NCBI GenBank assembly: GCA_016184045.1
Contig: JACPDM010000034.1
Coordinates: forward strand, 2,683-55,280
From: Micavibrio aeruginosavorus
GTDB lineage: Bacteria; Pseudomonadota; Alphaproteobacteria; Micavibrionales; Micavibrionaceae
Reading direction: 5' to 3'
Length of the DNA stretch: 52,598 nucleotides
Position numbers and translations under genes: made by a program. The notes below the pieces were generated by a model. That model saw only the letters and a program-made list of their open reading frames with translations, ran no database searches and was not told the origin of the DNA. This document shows positions 28,511 through 39,696 of the stretch, piece by piece (position 1 is the first letter of the stretch; every line of letters starts with the position of its first letter).

Positions 28511-30539
28511 CCGGCAGCTGAAAACCATATTGGGTACGGGCTTGCCCGCCGCCGATGAAAACGCCCGCAAACGGGCGGTTAATCTGGCTTTGGCCGAATT
28601 CGACGCGGCAAGGAAAGCGCCAAAAAATATTTTCCAAGGATTCTCCTTCGGGGTCCGCCTTACAGGCAGGTCCAATCAAACCCCAAGGAGGGAGAACATG
28701 AACAAGAAATTGGTCTATGGCGGCATGGCGACGGCAATGGTGGTGGTGCTGGCCGCAGGCGGCGCATTGACGCAGATGCAGGCCCCCATGGTCGGGAAGG
28801 GCTCAACACTGAGCGCCGGAAGCGGTGGAAACAATTTTTCTTCCATTGCAGTGACCGGCAGCATAGCGCGGCTTGAAAAGAAGGAGAAGGATCAGCCGGT
28901 AGAATCTGAATCCCGGCTGACGGCACTGGCTTTCGATGCGGCGCAGCTCGCCGCGCCGATGGCGCAAAAACGCGCGGAAGCGAATATGCCCACGGGAGTG
29001 ATTGCCGCGGCGGAGATGGACGCGGTCATGCCGCAATTCCATCAGGAAATCGGACGCGACAAGTTTACAGATTTTGACGAAAACATGATCAAGCCGGTCG
29101 TGCAGGAGCCTGTTTCCACCTTTTCTATCGATGTCGATACGTCGTCCTACGCGTTTATCCGCAAGCAGCTGAATGCCGGTTTCCTGCCGCAGAAAGACGC
29201 GGTGCGCGTTGAGGAAATGATCAATTACTTCGATTACGATTATCCCTTGCCGGAGTCGAAGACAGAACCGTTCAGGCCGTCCGTAACTGTGGTTCCAAGC
29301 CCGTGGAACGACGGGAGGAAACTGGTGCATATCGGTATTCGCGGCTATGACATCGAACCCGCCGAAAGACCGCGCAGCAATCTGGTTTTTCTGCTCGATA
29401 CGTCGGGGTCGATGAACGAGCCGGATAAATTGCCGCTGCTGGTCAATTCGCTCAAGATGCTTTTGGAGACGCTTTCGCCGGACGATCATGTGGCGATCGT
29501 CACCTATGCGGGTTCTGCCGGAACGGTTCTGGAGCCGACGAAAATTTCAGAGAAGGGAAAAATCATTGCCGCGCTGGAAAATTTAAGCGCAGGCGGCGGC
29601 ACGGCGGGGGCAGAGGGAATCCGTCAGGCGTATAATCTTGCCAAGGCTAATTTCGACGGGAAAGCGGTCAACCGTGTCATCCTTGCGACGGACGGCGATT
29701 TCAACGTCGGCATTACCAATCAGGAAGAGCTTAAAGACTTCGTGGAGCGTGAGCGCAAAAGCGGCATTTTCCTTTCCGTTCTTGGTTTCGGGCAGGGCAA
29801 TTACAATGATGCGATGATGCAGGCGCTGGCGCAGAACGGCAACGGTGTCGCCGCCTATATCGATACGCTGAACGAGGCGCGCAAGATTCTGGTCGAGGAA
29901 TCCGCGTCGACGCTATTCCCGATTGCGAAGGACGTCAAAATTCAGGTCGAATTCAACCCGGCGACGGTCGCGGAATATCGCCTTGTCGGCTATGAAACGC
30001 GCGCTTTGAACCGGGAGGATTTCAACAACGATGCCGTCGATGCCGGGGATATCGGCGCGGGGCACACGGTGACAGCGATTTACGAAGTGACGCCCAAGGA
30101 CGGCCCGCGCGCCGTCGATGAAAGCCGCTATACGGCGGAGGAAACGGAAGAGCATAAGGCCGGGGCAAATTTCGGCAGTGAGTATGCATTCCTCAAAATT
30201 CGCTACAAGCTGCCGAATGGGGATACATCGAAACTCATCACCACGCCGATCACTGCGGCGGATGAAAAATCTCTGGCCGATACGAAATGCCCGCCGGACG
30301 CGAAATGTCTGGTCGCGGACAGTTTCGGGGCGTCCGATGACGTGCGCTTTGCCGTGGCCGTCGCCGGGTTCGGGCAGATGCTCAAAGGCGGGAAATATAC
30401 CGGCAAACTGAGCTATGACGACATCATTGCGCAGGCGCAGGGCGCGAAAGGCGTGGACGAATTCGGCTACCGCGCGGAATTCATCAATTTGGTACGTCTA
30501 GCGAAGACGGCGCAGGGCTTGCCGGATACGCAGCCGTAA
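28503..30539 (+). CDS. YfbK-like vWA-domain protein with an N-terminal anti-sigma-like segment and TM helix
   Basis: STFSIDVDT.SY, VRVEEMINYF, MIDAS DTSGS, ILATDGDF and IAKDVKIQVEFNP motifs; start overlaps the sigma stop; second RBS/ATG at 28698. Confidence 0.9.
   Translation: MDDRQLKTILGTGLPAADENARKRAVNLALAEFDAARKAPKNIFQGFSFGVRLTGRSNQTPRRENMNKKLVYGGMATAMVVVLAAGGALTQMQAPMVGKGSTLSAGSGGNNFSSIAVTGSIARLEKKEKDQPVESESRLTALAFDAAQLAAPMAQKRAEANMPTGVIAAAEMDAVMPQFHQEIGRDKFTDFDENMIKPVVQEPVSTFSIDVDTSSYAFIRKQLNAGFLPQKDAVRVEEMINYFDYDYPLPESKTEPFRPSVTVVPSPWNDGRKLVHIGIRGYDIEPAERPRSNLVFLLDTSGSMNEPDKLPLLVNSLKMLLETLSPDDHVAIVTYAGSAGTVLEPTKISEKGKIIAALENLSAGGGTAGAEGIRQAYNLAKANFDGKAVNRVILATDGDFNVGITNQEELKDFVERERKSGIFLSVLGFGQGNYNDAMMQALAQNGNGVAAYIDTLNEARKILVEESASTLFPIAKDVKIQVEFNPATVAEYRLVGYETRALNREDFNNDAVDAGDIGAGHTVTAIYEVTPKDGPRAVDESRYTAEETEEHKAGANFGSEYAFLKIRYKLPNGDTSKLITTPITAADEKSLADTKCPPDAKCLVADSFGASDDVRFAVAVAGFGQMLKGGKYTGKLSYDDIIAQAQGAKGVDEFGYRAEFINLVRLAKTAQGLPDTQP
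28630..28662 (+). promoter_or_regulatory. Putative intragenic ECF promoter
   Basis: TTTTCCAAGGA-N15-CGCCTTA, upstream of AAGGAGG and in-frame ATG 28698. Confidence 0.55.
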
Positions 30540-30685
30540 AGCGTGATTGCTTCTTCCCCGTGCCCGTTTCCGTCAGGGAAAAGGGTACGGGGAAATGTAT
30601 TGCGATAACGTTTTGACCTCGGAAAAATTCGCACTATAATCAGGGCAACGATTCGACTTCTTCTTACCCGTCCGGGAATGCACGC

Positions 30686-31321
30686 ATGAAAATCATCCGT
30701 TCTGTTGTTTTGGCTTTGTCCGTCGCGGCGTCTGTTGGCATGGCGGGATGCTCGCCGATCGGGGTGGCCGCGGGGGCCGGGGCAACGCTCGGGATTGCCG
30801 CCTCGAAAGAGGGAGGCTTGAGTTCCGCCGCCAGCGACTTGCGCATCAAGGCGACGATCAGCGAGAAATGGTTTTCCTATAAGGTCGATACCTTTACGAA
30901 GCTCAACCTCACCGTCGATCAGGGACGCGTCCTGATTACCGGGTCGGTGCAGAACCCCGATGACCGGGTCGAGGCCGTGCGCCTCGCCTGGCAGGTCAAG
31001 GGCGTGAAGCAGGTGATCAATGAAATCCGGGTCGATGAAGGCGAAGGAGTGGCGGGATTCGTCAAGGACGGATGGATCACCACGCGTCTGCGCACCGCCA
31101 TGACGTTTGAAAAAGACATTCAGGCAATCAATTACAGCATCGATACTGTCAACGGCACGGTGTACCTGATGGGCGTCGCCCGCAGTCAGCAGGAACTGGA
31201 CAAGGTGATCGCCCTTGCTCGTACCATCCCCAACGTCAAGCAAGTCATCAGCTATGTGAAGCCGCTGGGGCAGCCGGTGCAAAGCGACGGCGGCGCTGCG
31301 CCGGGATGGACTGATCCATGA
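30686..31321 (+). CDS. Dual BON-domain lipoprotein (DolP/YraP-like)
   Basis: Lipobox MAGC; two BON repeats (GRVLITG...V.NE and GTVYLMG...V). Confidence 0.88.
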   Translation: MKIIRSVVLALSVAASVGMAGCSPIGVAAGAGATLGIAASKEGGLSSAASDLRIKATISEKWFSYKVDTFTKLNLTVDQGRVLITGSVQNPDDRVEAVRLAWQVKGVKQVINEIRVDEGEGVAGFVKDGWITTRLRTAMTFEKDIQAINYSIDTVNGTVYLMGVARSQQELDKVIALARTIPNVKQVISYVKPLGQPVQSDGGAAPGWTDP

Positions 31322-32175
31322 ACCAGACGGCAGATCCGGCGCAATTGATGGAAACGCTGAAGTCCATCGGGGCGCAGCCGGATGAAGCCATCGACCTTGG
31401 CCGGACGGCCATTTACCTTGCGGCGCTGGAACAACCGGGGCTTTCTCTGGAGCGTTACCAGTCGCACATGCAGCGTCTTGCGGCGGAAGTGAAGGATCGC
31501 CATGATGCCCTGATCGATGCAGGCGCGCAGGACAGCGCGGAAACGCGGCTTGCCGCGCTCAAGCACATCGTTGTCGATAAATACGATTATTCCGGCGACA
31601 ACGAAACCTATGACGATTTGCAAAACGCCAGCCTGATCCGCGTCATCGACCGCAGGCGCGGCCTGCCGATTGCGCTCGGGATCCTCTATATCCAGATCGG
31701 GCGCTATCTTGGATGGGCGGTTCACGGGCTCAATATTCCGGGGCATTTCGTCTGCCGGATCGATTACGACGCCGCGCGCCTGATTTTCGACCCGTTCAAC
31801 GGCTGCGCCGTGTTGCAGGCTCCCGACCTGCGGCGTCTTGTCAAGCAATCGCTCGGGCCGAACGCGGAGCTTTCCACCAGTTATTACGAGCCCGCCGACA
31901 ATCGCACGATCCTGGTGCGGCTCCAGAACAACATCAAGCTCCGCCGCATCGAGGCCGAGGATTATGAAGGGGCGCTCAGCGTCGTGCAGGCGATGCGGGC
32001 TATCGATCCGGAAGAATACCGGCTGCTTCTCGACGCCGGGGTGCTTTGCGCCCGGACCAACCGCTTGCAACAGGCCATCGTCGCGCTGGAAGGGTATATC
32101 GCCAAAGCGCCCGGCGACCGCGACCGGCATGAGGCGGCGCTCCTTCTCCAGCAGATCCAGGAAAGCCTGAACTGA
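31318..32175 (+). CDS. SirB1/transglutaminase-like TPR protein
   Basis: RRGLPIALGILY, G.N.PGHF, DPFN.G and RLQNNIK motifs; C-terminal TPR-like helices. Confidence 0.88.
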   Translation: MNQTADPAQLMETLKSIGAQPDEAIDLGRTAIYLAALEQPGLSLERYQSHMQRLAAEVKDRHDALIDAGAQDSAETRLAALKHIVVDKYDYSGDNETYDDLQNASLIRVIDRRRGLPIALGILYIQIGRYLGWAVHGLNIPGHFVCRIDYDAARLIFDPFNGCAVLQAPDLRRLVKQSLGPNAELSTSYYEPADNRTILVRLQNNIKLRRIEAEDYEGALSVVQAMRAIDPEEYRLLLDAGVLCARTNRLQQAIVALEGYIAKAPGDRDRHEAALLLQQIQESLN

Positions 32176-32200
32176 AAGACCGTTCCGGGTCCGGGCGGGG

Positions 32201-32209
32201 TTATCCACA
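32201..32209 (+). promoter_or_regulatory. Single perfect DnaA box upstream of pal
   Basis: TTATCCACA in the intergenic region. Confidence 0.35.
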
Positions 32210-32398
32210 GATGTTCGCAAAAAGACCGCCTTGCCGCCCCATTCATGCCGCAAATACTGTTTATTTATCGTCCTCAAGACCTTGTCATGGTTTTGAATAA
32301 CGCCTATTCATTCATCAGCATGACTGTCCTGAAGCCCGCCGGTTTCAATCAGTAATTACAAAGACCCACATTAATATAGAAAGTGAAGGAGTGGTGAT

Positions 32399-32926
32399 AT
32401 GCGCGTGCGCAATCTTCTGATGGTGGCCGGAATGGCTTTGGCTCTTGCCGCATGTTCGTCGACCGATGACGAGCAGGCAACCGATGTCGGTCAAGTGCAG
32501 GTCGGTCAGGCCGACTCCATGACCGCCGGTGCGCTGGACCCGAACGCGATGGGGCAATACGGCCCGGTTCCGGGTTCGCAGCAGGATCTGGTCGTGAATA
32601 TTGGCGACCGCGTCTTCTTCGGCTACGACCGTTATGACCTGACCCCGGAAGCGCAGCAGATCCTTTCGCAGCAAGCGGAATGGATGAAGCGTTACCCGAA
32701 CGTGCGCCTGAGCATCGAAGGTCACTGTGACGAGCGCGGCACCCGTGAATACAACCTCGCCCTCGGCGAGCGTCGTGCCAACTCGGTCAAGAACTACCTG
32801 ACCTCGATGGGCGTCGATGCGTCCCGCGTCAGCACGGTCAGCTACGGCAAGGAACGTCCGGCTGTGATGGGCTCCAGCCCTGAAGCCTGGGCGCAGAACC
32901 GCCGCGGCGTTGCCGTTGTCGAGTAA
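32399..32926 (+). CDS. pal: Peptidoglycan-associated lipoprotein
   Basis: Lipobox LAAC; EGHCDERGTREYNLALGERRA, SYGKERP and NRR motifs. Confidence 0.97.
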   Translation: MRVRNLLMVAGMALALAACSSTDDEQATDVGQVQVGQADSMTAGALDPNAMGQYGPVPGSQQDLVVNIGDRVFFGYDRYDLTPEAQQILSQQAEWMKRYPNVRLSIEGHCDERGTREYNLALGERRANSVKNYLTSMGVDASRVSTVSYGKERPAVMGSSPEAWAQNRRGVAVVE

Positions 32927-32944
32927 TCACGGGCCTGTTTAAAA

Positions 32945-33877
32945 TTGGCCATCGTCGCCCTTCTTGTTTTCGCGCCTGTTGTTCCGGCTCTGGCGCAAAG
33001 TTCCGACACTGCCGCGCGGATCGAGCGCCTTGAAAACGAAATCCAGACTCTGAGCCGCGCCATCTTCAAGGGCGAAACGCCGCCGCCCGGCGCGTTCTCC
33101 TCCGGCAACGAAGCGGCGCAGGCCAACCTGCAAAACCGCCTCGACCAGATCGAAACCGATATGCGGTCCATCACGGGACGGATCGAGGAGCTGGGCTATG
33201 ACATCAACCGCCTGAAGGAGATGGAGGGCCGCATCGCCGCCCTTGAAAACCGTGCCGTGCAGCAGGGCGCTGTTCCGTCCGCAACGCCTTCGGCTTCTTC
33301 CGGCATGGGCATGGCGGCTTATCAGGTCACGCCGCCGCAGCTCCAGATGCAGCCGCAAGGCGGCGGCGCTATGGACAATTACGGCATGACCGACCCGAAC
33401 GCGCCTGCCCCGGCGCATTCCCCGACAGCAGGGCAGCTCGGCGCGATTGAAACGACGATTGATTCCTCCGGCGTCGCCACTGCAACGCCGGGAACGCCGA
33501 TGGGCGATTACGAAGCGGCTTATGCCATGCTGCGCAATCAGGATTACGCCAGCGCGGAAATCGCCTTCGACAAATTCATCAAGGACAACCCGGACAATAC
33601 GCTGGTACCCAATGCCCTTTACTGGCTGGGTGAAACCTATTATGTGCGCAATGATTTCGAAAAGGCGGCACGCACCTTCGCCGAAGCATACCGCAAATAT
33701 CCGAAAGGGGCGAAGGCGCCTGATAACCTGCTGAAACTGGCCATGTCGCTGGCGGGCCTCGGCAAGACGCAGGATGCCTGCGTCGCGCTCGGGCAGCTCA
33801 AGAAAGAATACCCTGCCGGATCGGCCCCCGTCCTGACCCGTGCCGATCAGGAAATCGCCCGGCTTGGCTGCAAGTAG
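32945..33877 (+). CDS. cpoB: Tol-Pal system protein YbgF/CpoB (start uncertain)
   Basis: Coiled coil plus TPR (NALYWLGE, KAPDNLLKL..SL, AC..L); position after pal. Confidence 0.9.
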   Translation: MAIVALLVFAPVVPALAQSSDTAARIERLENEIQTLSRAIFKGETPPPGAFSSGNEAAQANLQNRLDQIETDMRSITGRIEELGYDINRLKEMEGRIAALENRAVQQGAVPSATPSASSGMGMAAYQVTPPQLQMQPQGGGAMDNYGMTDPNAPAPAHSPTAGQLGAIETTIDSSGVATATPGTPMGDYEAAYAMLRNQDYASAEIAFDKFIKDNPDNTLVPNALYWLGETYYVRNDFEKAARTFAEAYRKYPKGAKAPDNLLKLAMSLAGLGKTQDACVALGQLKKEYPAGSAPVLTRADQEIARLGCK

Positions 33878-33885
33878 GATTCGCG

Positions 33886-34860
33886 GTGGAGGATTTCTCC
33901 CGCCTGTTCAAGAAAACCCCGGCAGCGATTGCCGTCGCCGTATCCGGCGGCCCTGACAGCATGGCGCTCTTGCATATGCTGTCCATCTATTTCGCCGCGC
34001 AGAAAAAGAAACCGCAAATTCATGCCCTGACCGTCGATCACGGCCTGCGCCCTGAATCCGCCGCCGAAGCGCGGCAGGTCGGGGCATGGGTGGCGGACTG
34101 GCCGCTCATCACGCACCATATTCTGCCATGGAAGGGGCGGAAGCCCGGATCGGCCATTCAGGAACGGGCGCGGGCAAAGCGCTATGAGTTGATGGCGGCC
34201 TATTGCGCGGGGCTGGGCATTCGTCATCTCTTTCTTGCCCATCACCGGACCGATCAGGCTGAGACATTCCTGTTCCGGCTGGCCAAAGGCAGCGGGCTTG
34301 ATGGCCTCGGTGGCATGGCGACGCAAGCGCCTTATCCCGGCGATGCGGGGTTTTCGCTCATGCGTCCGCTGCTGGCGCGGTCAAAGGCCGATCTTGAAGC
34401 CTATTGCGCCGCGCATGACATTCCGTTCATTCGCGATTCCAGCAATCAGAATCGCGATTATGCGCGTGTGCGCCTGCGGCAATCCCTGCCGGTACTGGAG
34501 GCCGAAGGCCTGAGCGAAAAGCGCCTCGCGGCCACGGCGGCGCGGTTGCAGCGGGCGCGGCAGGCGCTGGATTTCTATGCCGCGAAGATCCGGCGCACCG
34601 CCGTTACCATGGGGAGGGATAGGGCGGCTATTCGCCTGTCATCCTTGCGCGCCGCGCCGGAAGACATCCGTCTGCGCGTGGTGCGGCAGGTGCTTGCGGA
34701 TCTGGGCGCTGACGGCTACGGCCCGCGCCTTGAGCGGCTTGAAACCCTGCTGGGGGAAATGTTCGCCGACATTGCGCAGGCCAAAACCTTCACCCTTGGC
34801 GGATTTGTCTTTTCCATCAACAGGAAAGACGGGGCGCTTTTGATCCGCCGGGAAATGTGA
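33886..34860 (+). CDS. tilS: tRNA(Ile)-lysidine synthase
   Basis: AVSGGPDS, VDHGLR, AR..RY, AHH..DQAET, RPLL and D.SN motifs. Confidence 0.95.
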   Translation: MEDFSRLFKKTPAAIAVAVSGGPDSMALLHMLSIYFAAQKKKPQIHALTVDHGLRPESAAEARQVGAWVADWPLITHHILPWKGRKPGSAIQERARAKRYELMAAYCAGLGIRHLFLAHHRTDQAETFLFRLAKGSGLDGLGGMATQAPYPGDAGFSLMRPLLARSKADLEAYCAAHDIPFIRDSSNQNRDYARVRLRQSLPVLEAEGLSEKRLAATAARLQRARQALDFYAAKIRRTAVTMGRDRAAIRLSSLRAAPEDIRLRVVRQVLADLGADGYGPRLERLETLLGEMFADIAQAKTFTLGGFVFSINRKDGALLIRREM

Positions 34861-34908
34861 CAGGATAACCCGTTACAAAAATAACCTGAACGGAACAGGC
34901 GGGATCGC

Positions 34909-35628
34909 ATGAATAATCAACGCATCTTCACGGCAGCGCAGCCCTTTGCGGATGTTGTGGCCAAGGTGAATGCAAGGCGCGAAGCCGCCTTGCGCGATAA
35001 CGATCCGGCTGCCGCGCTATATGCCGGGGTGGATGTGTACCGCCGCGAGTACGATACGGCCTTAAGCCGTCTGGATCAGGCCGATATGCTGCTACTCGAC
35101 CGGGCGGCGGCGCGCATGGGGATTTTCCCGAAGGCGCTGCTTGAGAAGGCGGATCAAGGGCGCGCCGTGCTGATCGAAATCGAAGGGCGGCAGGCCGTGC
35201 CCGACTGGACGCTGGACGCAAGGGGCCGCGTCAAACCCTTCCATCTGGATATTGCGCGCGAATTCGCCGAAAGCGGCCAGCAGCACTATTTCAAGTTCAT
35301 GAGCTATCTGCAATTCATGGGCGAGAAGACGCTGGAGTTCAGGACAGAATTGCCAAAACGCAGCCTTAAAGACGTTTTTCGCGCGGTCGGCATCACCCAG
35401 GGAAGCTGCGCCGTGCTGGTGCGGACGCCCATGTTCGAGGCCGCCGACCGTGCCCTGAAAAACCGGGTGATCATGGATGCTTTCCTCAATAATATGGGCG
35501 CGGCGCTGACCCGCATTGGCGGGATGGGAAATCCGAACGAGGGCGGCGTGTCGGAAGGGTTTCTTGCTCGCCATGTTCCCGCCGATCTTCCGAACCGCGA
35601 ACGCTGGAAGCGCGAATTCCAGATCTAG
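34909..35628 (+). CDS. Hypothetical protein with a possible HTH segment
   Basis: 239-aa ORF with genome-like codon style; AAARMGI...A..G..V......VPDW. Confidence 0.7.
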   Translation: MNNQRIFTAAQPFADVVAKVNARREAALRDNDPAAALYAGVDVYRREYDTALSRLDQADMLLLDRAAARMGIFPKALLEKADQGRAVLIEIEGRQAVPDWTLDARGRVKPFHLDIAREFAESGQQHYFKFMSYLQFMGEKTLEFRTELPKRSLKDVFRAVGITQGSCAVLVRTPMFEAADRALKNRVIMDAFLNNMGAALTRIGGMGNPNEGGVSEGFLARHVPADLPNRERWKREFQI

Positions 35629-35742
35629 GCCGTTTTGGGTCAGGGCGGATTCTGTCAAGTTTTCCTTGCCTCCTTGGACAAATACGCTATTTATCCTGTA
35701 GTATAAGCGTGTCTGTATAACCCCTGAAAGGTGTGTTTCCCC

Positions 35743-37539
<1,797 letters not shown>

Positions 37540-37560
37540 TTTTATATTCAAAACCATGTC

Positions 37561-37594
37561 AGAACAGGGGCTTTCGCAGGAAAGCCCCTGTTCT
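37561..37594 (+). terminator. Perfect 15-bp hairpin after ftsH
   Basis: AGAACAGGGGCTTTC-GCAG-GAAAGCCCCTGTTCT. Confidence 0.75.
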
Positions 37595-37615
37595 CATTGA
37601 GGGGCAGGTTCTATA

Positions 37616-38227
37616 ATGGCCAGGGAAGAACAACCATCAACGCGCCAGAGCGCGAGCGAAGCGATGCCCCCTTTGATCCATGCGATGCGGAATTCCTTTG
37701 AAGGCTGTCTGGACATTTTTCTGTTCCGGCGCGAAGGGATCGAACGGTTCGACCCTTCCGTTGCGGCGATGATGCGCTCGTTCCTTGTTCTGGCGGCGGT
37801 CTGGCCGGTCAGCTTTTTTGTCGATGCCATGGCCCTTCGTGCTCTCGGGCGGGGTGGGGAATATGGCGTTCTTCATTATGGTGCCGTGACGGCGCTGGGG
37901 CTTGTCACGGTCCTGCTGGCGCTATACTTGCTTTGCAAGCTGGAAAAGCGGATGGATGTTCTGCCCCGGTGGATCAGTATTGGAAACTGGATGGGGATCG
38001 CCGTGATCGTTCCGTTCGCCGGAATGATCGCGGTGATGGGGGGCCCATGGACGGAAAGCGCGGGGATGCTGGCGGGGGTTCTTTTAACCGGGTTTGCCGT
38101 TTACATCATGGCTTGCTCTGCTTTTGTGGCAGCGCATCTGCTGTGCATCCCGTGGTGGCGCGCGGCCCTCTATACGCTGGGGATTTTTATCGTGCAGCAA
38201 GCCGTCCCGGCGCTTGCCGGGCTCTGA
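37616..38227 (+). CDS. Hypothetical multi-pass membrane protein, paralog of 16889-17473
   Basis: Shared GCL...LF...G..RF......SF block and ..NW block. Confidence 0.75.
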   Translation: MAREEQPSTRQSASEAMPPLIHAMRNSFEGCLDIFLFRREGIERFDPSVAAMMRSFLVLAAVWPVSFFVDAMALRALGRGGEYGVLHYGAVTALGLVTVLLALYLLCKLEKRMDVLPRWISIGNWMGIAVIVPFAGMIAVMGGPWTESAGMLAGVLLTGFAVYIMACSAFVAAHLLCIPWWRAALYTLGIFIVQQAVPALAGL

Positions 38228-38331
38228 AGGAGCCAGGAAAACAGCGATATTCCCGGGGTGACTCAGGGTTTGGAGATATGCTAGGTTTGCAGCGTACCCT
38301 TGATAGAAAACACAGGATTTAAGGCCATCAC

Positions 38332-39693
38332 ATGACCCGTAAATATTTCGGCACGGACGGCATCCGCGGACGGACCAATACGTTTCCGATGACGGCGGAT
38401 ATGGCGCTCAAGGTCGCGATGGCGGCGGCGCTCTCTCTTCGGGACGATCATGTTGGCATTCACCAGAACCGGGCGATCATCGGCAAGGATACGCGCCTTT
38501 CAGGATACATGCTGGAAGAAGCCATGGCCGCCGGTTTCGTGGCGATGGGGATGGAAACGATTCTGGTCGGGCCGATCCCGACGCCTGCGATCGCCATGCT
38601 GACCCGGTCCTTGCGCGCCGATGTCGGGGTGATGATCTCCGCCTCGCATAACCCTTATGAAGACAACGGCATCAAGCTGTTCGGCGCGGACGGCTACAAG
38701 ATTCCCGACACGCTAGAGGAGGCCATCGAGGCCCGCCTGGATCAGGATATGTCATCCGATCTGCCGGAGCCGGATTTTATCGGCAAGGCCAGCCGCCTTG
38801 ACGATGCGCAGGGCCGCTATATCGAATTTTTGAAGAACAGCTTTCCCAAGGGCCTGAGCCTGGAGGGCCTGAAAATCGTCGTCGATTGCGCCCATGGCGC
38901 GGCGTACAAGGTCGCGCCTCAGGTGCTGTGGGAGCTGGAGGCCGATGTCGTGCCCATGGGCATTTACCCCAATGGCCGCAATATCAATGCCGGATGCGGC
39001 GCGACGGCGACGCAGGCCCTGCAGGAAAGAGTGGTGGCGGAGAAAGCCGATCTCGGCATTGCCCTTGACGGCGATGCCGACCGCCTGATCATGGTGGATG
39101 AGCGCGGCGCGCGGATCGACGGTGACCAGCTGATGGGTCTTCTGGCGCGGCGCTGGAACGAGGACGGACGCCTGCGCGGCGGCGGCCTTGTCGCGACAGT
39201 GATGTCCAATCTCGGCCTTGAGCGTTATATGCGCTCCCTCGGTCTCAATCTGGTCCGTACGCCTGTTGGCGACCGCCATGTGGTGGAACGCATGCGGCAG
39301 GACGGATACAATCTGGGCGGTGAGCAATCGGGCCATATGATCATGTCCGACTATGGCACGACCGGGGACGGCCTGATGGCGGCGCTGCAAGTTCTGGCGG
39401 TCCTGAAACAGCAAAGTTTCCCGGCCTCGACGGCGCTGAATGTGTTTACGCCGCTGCCGCAGGTGCTGAAGAATGTACGCTTTGAAAGCGGCAAGCCGCT
39501 TGAAGCGGAGAGCGTCAAGAAGGCGCTGGCCAGAGCGGAAAAATCCCTGAACGGCGGCGGTCGCCTCGTCGTTCGCCCGTCCGGGACAGAGCCGCTGATT
39601 CGCGTCATGGCGGAAGGCGACAACCCGGAGCTTGTGGAATCTGTCGTCAGCGACCTGTGCGTGGCGATCGAGCAGGCGGCAAAGCCGGCGTAA
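38332..39693 (+). CDS. glmM: Phosphoglucosamine mutase
   Basis: [30 protein letters not shown] and RPSGTEP motifs. Confidence 0.96.
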   Translation: MTRKYFGTDGIRGRTNTFPMTADMALKVAMAAALSLRDDHVGIHQNRAIIGKDTRLSGYMLEEAMAAGFVAMGMETILVGPIPTPAIAMLTRSLRADVGVMISASHNPYEDNGIKLFGADGYKIPDTLEEAIEARLDQDMSSDLPEPDFIGKASRLDDAQGRYIEFLKNSFPKGLSLEGLKIVVDCAHGAAYKVAPQVLWELEADVVPMGIYPNGRNINAGCGATATQALQERVVAEKADLGIALDGDADRLIMVDERGARIDGDQLMGLLARRWNEDGRLRGGGLVATVMSNLGLERYMRSLGLNLVRTPVGDRHVVERMRQDGYNLGGEQSGHMIMSDYGTTGDGLMAALQVLAVLKQQSFPASTALNVFTPLPQVLKNVRFESGKPLEAESVKKALARAEKSLNGGGRLVVRPSGTEPLIRVMAEGDNPELVESVVSDLCVAIEQAAKPA

Positions 39694-39696
39694 AAT

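Noticed and set aside
32176-32398. oriC candidate from a DnaA box
   Set aside because: Only one perfect box, with no cluster or unwinding element; the near-match at about 7270 is also isolated
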